Source: a virus
Taxonomy: Duplodnaviria > Heunggongvirae > Uroviricota > Caudoviricetes
DNA length: 13,111 nt
Direction: 5' to 3' (one strand)
Virus record (IMG/VR): IMGVR_UViG_2703718818_000015
Coordinates: 1-13,111 of that record
Position 1 is the stretch's first letter. Every line of letters starts with the position of its first letter. A model generated the notes under the pieces. It searched no databases. It was not told where the DNA came from and saw only the letters and a list, made by a program, of their open reading frames with translations. This document shows, in pieces, positions 6,437 through 13,111 of the stretch. Position numbers and translations under genes: made by a program.

Positions 6437-7290
6437 GCACCATCCTGAAATGGGCGGGAAATAAAACCGCCGTAATGTCCGAACTGAAAAAACATCTTCC
6501 TGCTGGTCCGCGACTAGTTGAACCTTTCGCGGGTTCCTGTGCTGTGATGATGGAGACGGATTATCCCTGCTATCTGGTTGCGGATATTAATCCTGATTTA
6601 ATCAACCTCTATAAAAAGGTTGCCGCTGATTGTGAATCGTTTATATCTCGCGCCAAAGTTTTATTTGAGATCGCAAACAGGGAGGTGGCTTATTACAACA
6701 TAAGGCAGGAGTTTAATTACTCAACTGAAATTACTGATTTCATGAAAGCGGTATATTTCCTGTATCTCAATCGTCACGGTTACCGTGGGTTATGTCGCTA
6801 TAACAAGAGCGGGCATTTCAACATTCCCTACGGTAATTATAAAAATCCGTATTTCCCTGAAAAAGAAATTCGCGCTTTTGCAGAAAAAGCCCAGCGAGCA
6901 ACGTTTATCTGCGCCAGCTTTGATGAAACGCTGGCGATGTTGAAGGCGGGGGATGTGGTGTATTGCGATCCGCCTTATGACGGTACGTTTTCCGGCTATC
7001 ACGCTGACGGCTTTACTGAAGATGACCAGTATCACCTGGCATCCGTTCTTGAACATCGGTCATCAGAAGGACATCCGGTCATTGTTTCTAACAGTGACAC
7101 ATCCCTGATCCGTTCGCTGTATCGCAATTTTACTCACCACTATATCAAGGTAAAACGCAGCATCGGCGTAGCAGCTGGTGAGAGTAAATCAGCAACAGAA
7201 ATCATTGCTGTTTCCGGGCCGCGCTGCTGGGTGGGATTTGATTATTCGCGTGGCGTGGATAGTTCTGCCGTGTACGGAGTACGTGCATGA
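6433..7290 (+). CDS. dam: Dam-family DNA adenine (N6) methyltransferase, GATC-type, 285 aa
   Basis: Close resemblance to E. coli Dam over the whole length (LKWAGNK SAM motif, LVEPF.G, ADIN.DLI.LY, FLYLNR.GY.GLCRYN, catalytic DPPY). GGAGG SD 7 nt upstream. Confidence 0.9.
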   Translation: MSTILKWAGNKTAVMSELKKHLPAGPRLVEPFAGSCAVMMETDYPCYLVADINPDLINLYKKVAADCESFISRAKVLFEIANREVAYYNIRQEFNYSTEITDFMKAVYFLYLNRHGYRGLCRYNKSGHFNIPYGNYKNPYFPEKEIRAFAEKAQRATFICASFDETLAMLKAGDVVYCDPPYDGTFSGYHADGFTEDDQYHLASVLEHRSSEGHPVIVSNSDTSLIRSLYRNFTHHYIKVKRSIGVAAGESKSATEIIAVSGPRCWVGFDYSRGVDSSAVYGVRA

Positions 7291-8333
7291 GCCATGCCGA
7301 TATGAGCAACTGCTGCGGCTTTAACGAGGCTGCCGCATCGTTCTCATGGAACAGCCCGAAAAAGGCCATTAACCCTTATCTGGACCCGGCGGAAGTTGCG
7401 CCGGTTTCTGCGCTTTCAAACCTGATCACTCTGTACGCTGCCGATAACGAGCAGGAACAACTGCGCCGCGAGGCACTGAGTGATCAGGTCTGGGAGCGTT
7501 ATTTCTTTAATGAATCCCGTGATCCTGTCCAACGCGAAATAGAGCAGGATAAGCTCATTAGCCGGGCAAAGTTGGCGCATGAGCAGCAGCGTTTTAACCC
7601 GGACATGGTCATTCTGGCAGACGTCAGCGCCCAGCCCTCCCATATCAGCAAGCCGCTGATGCAACGTATTGAATACTTCAGCAGCCTGGGCAGGCCAAAG
7701 GCTTATTCCCGCTATTTACGTGAGACGATTAAGCCATGTCTGGAACGACTGGAGCATGTACGCGACAGCCAGCTATCTGCATCTTTTCGTTTTATGGCAA
7801 GCCATGTAGGGCTGGACGGCCTGCTGATTCTGCCTGAAATGAGTCAGGATCAGGTGAAACGCCTGTCTACCCTTGTCGCTGCGCATATGAGCATGTGCCT
7901 TGATGCAGCTTGTGGTGATTTGTATGCCACCGATGACGTTAAGCCGGAAGAAATCCGCAAGACATGGGAAAAGGTGGCAGCGGAAACCCTGCGTCTGGAT
8001 GTCATCCCGCCTGCGTTTGAGCAACTCCGTCGGAAAAGAAACCGCCGTAAACCCGTGCCCTATGAACTCATTCCGGGTTCGCTGGCGCGTATGTTGTGCG
8101 CCGACTGGTGGTACCGGAAATTATGGAAAATGCGTTGCGAATGGCGGGAAGAGCAGTTGCGTGCTGTCTGCCTGGTCAGCAAAAAAGCATCTCCCTATGT
8201 CAGCTATGAAGCCGTGATGCATAAACGTGAGCAGCGCCGCAAGTCACTGGAGTTTTTCCGTTCTCATGAACTGGTGAACGAAGAGGGCGACACGCTGGAT
8301 ATGGAAGACGTGGTATCAGTGCAGCGCGGGTGA
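7287..8333 (+). pseudogene. A: Replication initiation gene A, N-terminal ~348-aa fragment (3' half deleted)
   Basis: Position after dam, as the replication gene in P2/186. C-terminal region resembles the remembered P2 gpA mid-region (...WWY.KL......W.E..L.AV..V.K..SPY.S..A....R.....LEF...). Full-length gpA is roughly twice this size, and the ORF is followed 46 nt later by tail gene U. Confidence 0.6.
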
Positions 8334-8379
8334 AGGCAAAAGCCAGGAGTAACTACAGCGATCAGGGGGGATACGACGC

Positions 8380-8850
8380 ATGATGATGGTGCTGGGATTG
8401 TACGTGGTGCCGTATCAGGAGCTGCAGTATCAACGCAGCTGGCGACATGCGGCAAACAGCCGGGTAAACCGACGTCCGTCCACGCAGTTTCTGGGACCGG
8501 ACAACGACATGCTGACGCTTTCCGGTGTTCTTATGCCGGAGATAACAGGTGGCAGGCTGTCGTTGCTGGCACTGGAGCAGATGGCAGAACAGGGGAAAGC
8601 ATGGCCCCTGATTGAAGGCAGCGGCACGATTTATGGCATGTATGTGATTGAGGGACTGAATCAGACTAAAACGGAGTTTTTCCGCGACGGTATGCCGCGC
8701 CGGATTGAGTTCACCCTGTCGCTCAAACGGGTGGATGAATCCCTGTCCGATATGTTCGGTGATCTCAGTGCGCAGCTGAATAATCTGCAGGGAACGGCAA
8801 CATCTGCCTTAAGCGATATCAGTAAAACGGTGGGAGGGCTTCTGTCGTGA
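8380..8850 (+). CDS. U: P2-type tail protein U, 156 aa
   Basis: Resembles remembered P2 gpU (MML.LG...; ...LSGVL.PE.TGG.L...L....AE.G.AWPL..G.G.IYGMYVI...F...G.PR.I.FTLSL.RVDESL). Stop overlaps the start of D (GTGA). Confidence 0.85.
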   Translation: MMMVLGLYVVPYQELQYQRSWRHAANSRVNRRPSTQFLGPDNDMLTLSGVLMPEITGGRLSLLALEQMAEQGKAWPLIEGSGTIYGMYVIEGLNQTKTEFFRDGMPRRIEFTLSLKRVDESLSDMFGDLSAQLNNLQGTATSALSDISKTVGGLLS

Positions 8851-9947
8851 ATTTCAGCTCTGAACTGCTTAACAAAGGCAACAAAACTCCGGCATTCAGC
8901 ATCAGTATTGAAGGCAGGGATATCACCACTGTGCTGGACAACCGCCTGATGGGGCTTACGCTGACGGATAACCGGGGCTTTGAAGCGGACCAGCTTGATC
9001 TGGAGCTGGACGACGCTGACGGAAAAATCGTGCTGCCGCGCCGTGGTGCGGTCATTACGCTGGCGCTGGGCTGGAAGGGGCAGCCGCTTTTCCCGAAAGG
9101 GGCATTCACGGTGGACGAGATTGAACACACTGGCGCACCGGACCGCCTGACTATCCGGGCGCGAAGTGCTGATTTTCGGGAAACGCTGAATACCCGCCGT
9201 GAAAAGTCGTGGCACAAGACCACGGTCGGGGAAGTGGTGAAGGAAATAGCCGCGCGGCACAAACTGAAGATGGCACTGGGTAAAGACTTGTCGGATAAAC
9301 CCGTGGAGCATATAGACCAGACCAATGAGAGTGACGCCAGTTTTTTGATGCGGCTGGCGCGCCAGTACGGTGCTATTGCGTCGGTGAAAAATGGCAATCT
9401 GTTATTCATCCGACAGGGACAGGGTAAAAGTGCCAGCGGTAAACCACTGCCGGTGATCACTATCACACGTAAGGACGGCGACAGTCACCGCTTTACCTTG
9501 GCAGATCGCGGAGCCTATACGGGCGTAATTGCCAGTTGGTTGCATACCCGCGAACCCGCGAAGAAAGAAAGCACAACGGTGAAGCGTAAGCGCAGGACTA
9601 AGAATCAGAAGAAAGAGCCGGAAGCGAAGCAGGGCGATTACCTGGTGGGTACGGATGAAAACGTGCTGGTACTTAATCGCACTTATGCCAACCGGAGCAA
9701 CGCTGAACGGGCAGCGAAAATGCAGTGGGAACGCCTGCAACGCGGCGTTGCGTCATTCTCGCTACAACTGGCGGAAGGGCGGGCAGATCTCTACACGGAA
9801 ATGCCTGTGAAGGTCAGTGGCTTTAAACAGCCGATAGATGATGCGGAATGGACCATTACGACTCTGACGCATACCGTCAGCCCGGATAATGGTTTTACGA
9901 CCAGTCTGGAGCTTGAAGTGAGGATTGATGATTTCGAAATGGAATGA
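8847..9947 (+). CDS. D: P2-type tail protein D, 366 aa
   Basis: Resembles remembered P2 gpD (TPAF.....G.DIT..L..RLM.LT.TDNRGFEADQLD.EL.DADG...LP.RGAV...). GTG start at 8847 with GGGAGGG ~10 nt upstream. Immediately precedes ogr as in P2. Confidence 0.85.
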   Translation: MNFSSELLNKGNKTPAFSISIEGRDITTVLDNRLMGLTLTDNRGFEADQLDLELDDADGKIVLPRRGAVITLALGWKGQPLFPKGAFTVDEIEHTGAPDRLTIRARSADFRETLNTRREKSWHKTTVGEVVKEIAARHKLKMALGKDLSDKPVEHIDQTNESDASFLMRLARQYGAIASVKNGNLLFIRQGQGKSASGKPLPVITITRKDGDSHRFTLADRGAYTGVIASWLHTREPAKKESTTVKRKRRTKNQKKEPEAKQGDYLVGTDENVLVLNRTYANRSNAERAAKMQWERLQRGVASFSLQLAEGRADLYTEMPVKVSGFKQPIDDAEWTITTLTHTVSPDNGFTTSLELEVRIDDFEME

Positions 9948-10037
9948 TTCTTCGCAATGGAGAACTTTTAAGTTTGCAAAATGGAATAATGCGGTATCAT
10001 TATTGTGAATTTAGCAAAAATGGGGAGAACTCGAAAA

Positions 10038-10256
10038 ATGATGATTTGCCCACTGTGTGGAAGTGCCGCCCATACTCGCAGCAGTTTTCAGGTATCTTCA
10101 TTGACCAAAGAGCGTTACAACCAGTGCCAGAATATTAACTGCAGCCATACTTTTGTAACCCATGAAACTTTTGTTCGTTCGATTGCAACGCCAAAAGAGT
10201 CAAATCCGGTTCAGCCGCATCCAATGAAATCAGGACAGGTGGCGCTCTCTCTTTGA
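10038..10256 (+). CDS. ogr: Ogr/Delta-family zinc-finger late-gene activator, 72 aa
   Basis: CPLC...C.N.NC zinc-finger arrangement and length matching P2 Ogr (72 aa). ATG at 10038 with GGGGAG 10 nt upstream. The longer ORF-track start (10005) is a GTG and is rejected. Confidence 0.85.
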   Translation: MMICPLCGSAAHTRSSFQVSSLTKERYNQCQNINCSHTFVTHETFVRSIATPKESNPVQPHPMKSGQVALSL

Positions 10257-10336
10257 CGCTGCCGCCATTTTGTCGCCATCGTTAAAAAACAGTGCTTCTA
10301 ACGTCATGATTTTAAAAGGCATAAACTTCAGGCAAC

Positions 10337-10379
10337 AAAAAACCCATCAACCTTGAACCGAAATGGCGGGGTTGATGGG
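10337..10379 (-). terminator. Rho-independent terminator, minus-strand sense; probable ybjL terminator
   Basis: 10-bp perfect inverted repeat CCCATCAACC (10343-10352) / GGTTGATGGG (10370-10379). On the minus strand the stem is followed by TTTTTT (complement of 10337-10342). Lies 113 nt downstream of the ybjL stop. Confidence 0.5.
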
Positions 10380-10491
10380 CTCCACAAAATGGGGACATCA
10401 AAGAAAAGCAGTGGCACTAATTAAGACTGATGCCCTGCGGAAAAGTTCTGCGGTTGTGCAAAAAAATTTCATTTTCAGGGCAACTTCAGTT

Positions 10492-12177
10492 TTATCCTAA
10501 TCCTGGCCATACCATGACGATGATTGTCCCTGCCAGCGTCAGCAGGACGTTGGCGATTGCATAGGTGCCCGCATAGCCCAGCGCCGGGATGTTACTGCGA
10601 GCTGTATCACTGATGATCTCCATTGCCGGCGCGCAGGTACGTGCGCCCATCATTGCGCCGAACAACAGCGCGCGGTTCATTCGCAATACATAAGCACCGA
10701 ACAAGAAACAGATAACCACGGGCACCAGACTGACAATCAATCCGGCAATCAACATCTGACCGCCAATCGCGCCCAGGCCGTTATTAATACCGCTACCGGC
10801 GCTCAGACCAACGCCTGCCATAAACACCATCAAGCCGAACTCTTTCACCATGCTTAATGCACCCTGCGGAATGTAACCGAAGGTCGGGTGGTTAGCACGC
10901 ATAAAGCCCAGCATAATTCCGGCGAATAACAACCCGGCAGCGTTCCCCATGCCGAAACTGAATGTGCTGAACTGGAAGGTGATCATCCCGATCATCAGCC
11001 CAATAACAAAGAAGGCGCAGAATGCCAGCAGGTCAGTGACCTGGCTGTGAATCGAGATAAAGCCGATGCGATCGGCGATGGTTTTTACGCGGCGGGCATC
11101 GCCGCTGACTTGTAAAACGTCACCTTTGTTAAGCACGACGTTGTCATCTATCGGCATCTCAATCTGGCTACGAATGACGCGGTTAAGGAAGCAACCGTGA
11201 TCGGTCAACTTCAGTTGTGCGAGACGTTTACCTACAGCGTTATGGTTTTTAACGACCACTTCTTCAGTGACGATACGCATGTCGAGAAGGTCACGATCGA
11301 AAACTTCTTTACCGTTACGGAAGCTGGGATCGAGTCGGGCATGGGCGTCGGGATAGCCTACCAACGCTATTTCATCGCCCATTTGTAGCACGGCATCACC
11401 GTCTGGATTTGCCAGAATCCCGTTACGTCGAATACGTTCAATGTAGCAGCCGGTTTGTCGATAAATACCCAGTTCACGCAGATTTTTGCCGTCGGTCCAG
11501 GCCACCAGTTCCGGGCCGACGCGATAGGCGCGGATCACCGGTAAATAAACCTTACGGTTGGCATCAGTGTCCAGGCCACGTTCGCGGGCGATTTGCTGGG
11601 CGCTGGTCTGTAAGTCCTGATGCTGCAATTTCGGCAAGTAACGCGCACCAACAATCAAACTCACCAGACCGATTAAATAGGTTAAGGCATACCCGAGGCT
11701 CAGATTATCCAGTGCCAGTGAGAGCTGCCTGCTTTCCATGCCGGAATGACGCAGTGTATCGCCAGCACCGACCAGAACCGGTGTCGACGTCATAGAGCCT
11801 GCTAACATACCGGCCGTCAGGCCAATATCCCAGCCAAACAGCTTACCTAACCCTAAGGCGATCACCAGCGCACTGCCAACCATCACCAGTGCTAACATTA
11901 GGTAATTTTTCCCATCGCGAAAAAAAATGGAAAAAAAGTTCGGTCCGGCTTCGACCCCGACGCAGAAAATAAACAGCATAAAGCCAAGATTAAGCGCATC
12001 GGTGTTAATGCTGAAATGTTGTTGGCCTAATAACAGCGATACGACTAAAACGCCAATGGAATTACCCAGTTGGATCGAACCAAGTCGTAACTTTCCGAGA
12101 CATAGCCCAAGCGCGAGGACCACAAATAATAACAGAATGTAATTCCCATTTAACAATTCGGCGACGTTTATATTCAC
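10492..12177 (-). CDS. ybjL: Putative AAE-family transporter YbjL (membrane protein with two TrkA-C/RCK_C-like domains), 561 aa
   Basis: Recognised as E. coli YbjL ([18 protein letters not shown]...). GTG start at 12175-12177. Hydrophobic N- and C-terminal halves flank a soluble central region. Confidence 0.95.
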
Positions 12178-12446
12178 GGAGGCTAACTTCTTGTTTACTA
12201 GTAAGCTGTTGAAAGAAATGGTAATTTACGATAATGTTTTTTACCAGAATTCAGGGCGCAGATTCATTCAGCGCACCTAAACGATAGTAAAGCAACAATA
12301 TATTTTACTAGTGTAATCACATTAGGTATCAACGGCTATATGAATTGCGTTGGCCTATATTAGCATGGAATGCGAAGCGGCTTTATCTTACTGAACGCCA
12401 CACTGGCGAAAAATGTGTTCGATAGACGCAGTGTCAGGAGGAACGA

Positions 12447-12824
12447 GTGAAACATAAACAACGTTGGGCGGGGGCAATCTGCTGTTTTGTCCTCTTCATT
12501 GTGGTGTGCCTTTTTCTGGCGACGCACATGAAAGGCGCTTTTCGGGCTGCCGGGCATCCTGAAATCGGCTTGCTATTTTTCATTCTTCCTGGAGCAGTCG
12601 CCAGCTTCTTTTCACAGCGTAGAGAAGTCCTGAAACCTCTGTTTGGCGCAATGCTGGCGGCACCCTGTTCGATGCTCATTATGCGGCTGTTTTTTTCACC
12701 GACGCGCTCATTCTGGCAAGAGCTGGCATGGTTACTAAGCGCGGTGTTCTGGTGTGCGCTGGGGGCACTGTGTTTCTTATTTATCAGTAGTTTGTTTAAA
12801 CCACAGCACAGAAAAAATCAGTAA
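12447..12824 (+). CDS. ybjM: Inner membrane protein YbjM, 125 aa
   Basis: Recognised as E. coli YbjM (MKHKQRWAGAICCFVLFIVV...). GTG start with AGGAGG 6 nt upstream. Strongly hydrophobic. Confidence 0.9.
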   Translation: MKHKQRWAGAICCFVLFIVVCLFLATHMKGAFRAAGHPEIGLLFFILPGAVASFFSQRREVLKPLFGAMLAAPCSMLIMRLFFSPTRSFWQELAWLLSAVFWCALGALCFLFISSLFKPQHRKNQ

Positions 12825-12843
12825 AGCCCTCAACGCGAGGGCT
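12825..12843. terminator. Bidirectional intrinsic terminator between convergent ybjM and grxA
   Basis: Perfect 7-bp stem AGCCCTC / GAGGGCT with 5-nt loop, directly after the ybjM stop. On the minus strand the stem is followed by TTTACTG. Confidence 0.6.
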
Positions 12844-12853
12844 TGTCAGACGA

Positions 12854-13111
12854 TCAGGCGTCCAGATTTTCTTTCACCCATGCAGCAAAATCGGTATAGC
12901 CGCCGATATGTTGCTGATCGACAAAAATCTGCGGCACGGTTTCTACGGGTTTACCTGCCTTTTGTTGTAGATCTTCTTTAGTGATCCCTTCCGCACGAAT
13001 ATCTACATACTGATACTGAAAATCATCGCGTTCATTGCTCAATTTCTCAGCCAGATCTTTTGCACGCACACAGTAAGGGCAACCCGAACGACCAAAAATA
13101 ACGGTTTGCAT
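12854..13111 (-). CDS. grxA: Glutaredoxin 1, 85 aa
   Basis: Recognised as E. coli GrxA with CPYC active site (MQTVIFGRSGCPYCVRAKDLAEKL...). The start codon is the last three bases of the window, so the CDS is complete. Confidence 0.95.
   Translation of the reverse strand: MQTVIFGRSGCPYCVRAKDLAEKLSNERDDFQYQYVDIRAEGITKEDLQQKAGKPVETVPQIFVDQQHIGGYTDFAAWVKENLDA

Larger units (their letters stand above)
1..10300. mobile_element. Degraded P2/186-family prophage remnant (int through ogr); attL lies left of the window, right boundary approximate
   Basis: Gene order int - cI - apl - cII - early ORFs - A - U - D - ogr follows the established P2/186 prophage map, but capsid, lysis and most tail genes are absent. 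Host genes ybjL/ybjM/grxA follow from ~10490. Confidence 0.85.

Noticed and set aside
6790-8024. Antisense/alternate-frame ORFs within dam and A (6790-7056 -, 7416-7664 -, 7773-8024 -, 7900-8217 +)
   Set aside because: Contained within strongly supported CDSs, with no independent start signals.
8264-9740. Minus-strand ORFs across U and D (8264-8455, 8430-8627, 8661-9311, 8819-9466, 9402-9740)
   Set aside because: Antisense to recognisable tail genes U and D; Ser/Arg/Pro-rich low-complexity translations.
10005-10037. Longer ogr start (ORF-track 10005) and the overlapping ORF 9944-10138
   Set aside because: 10005 is a GTG with no SD. ATG at 10038 has GGGGAG upstream and gives the 72-aa length of P2 Ogr. 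The 9944-10138 ORF is an out-of-frame overlap of ogr.
11197-12142. Plus-strand ORFs inside ybjL (11197-11388, 11409-11795, 11927-12142)
   Set aside because: Antisense to the conserved ybjL CDS; no SD or motifs.
12360-12981. ORFs overlapping the ybjM/grxA region (12360-12557 -, 12434-12679 -, 12754-12981 +)
   Set aside because: They overlap the ybjM promoter or CDS, or run antisense to grxA and across the terminator; not supported.
1-13111. CRISPR arrays, tRNA/rRNA genes, IS elements
   Set aside because: No regularly spaced direct repeats, no tRNA-like cloverleaf-sized conserved segment near the prophage ends, and no transposase-like ORF or terminal inverted repeats were seen.

Overview
This is an Enterobacteriaceae (E. 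coli-type) chromosomal window. Positions ~1-10300 are a degraded P2/186-family prophage remnant; positions ~10340-13111 are host core genes ybjL, ybjM and grxA. The prophage keeps its integrase, a 186-type CI repressor (with an internally duplicated N-terminal HTH), Apl, CII, several small early ORFs, a TraR-like zinc-finger protein, a Dam-family adenine methyltransferase, a truncated replication gene A joined almost directly to tail genes U and D, and ogr. The most interesting locus is an AT-rich three-gene cassette at 1132-3336, wedged between cI and int and tightly coupled to cI. It encodes a HEPN-like/zinc-ribbon protein, a GNAT-like/PUA-like protein and a small ASCH-domain protein. I could not match this combination to any named defence system from memory, so I treat it as a candidate undescribed prophage-encoded anti-phage/abortive-infection module. 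All family assignments come from reading the translated ORFs and motifs; no database or HMM search was run, and similarity to remembered reference proteins (186 CI/CII, P2 A/U/D/Ogr, E. coli Dam, YbjL, GrxA) is recall, not alignment.
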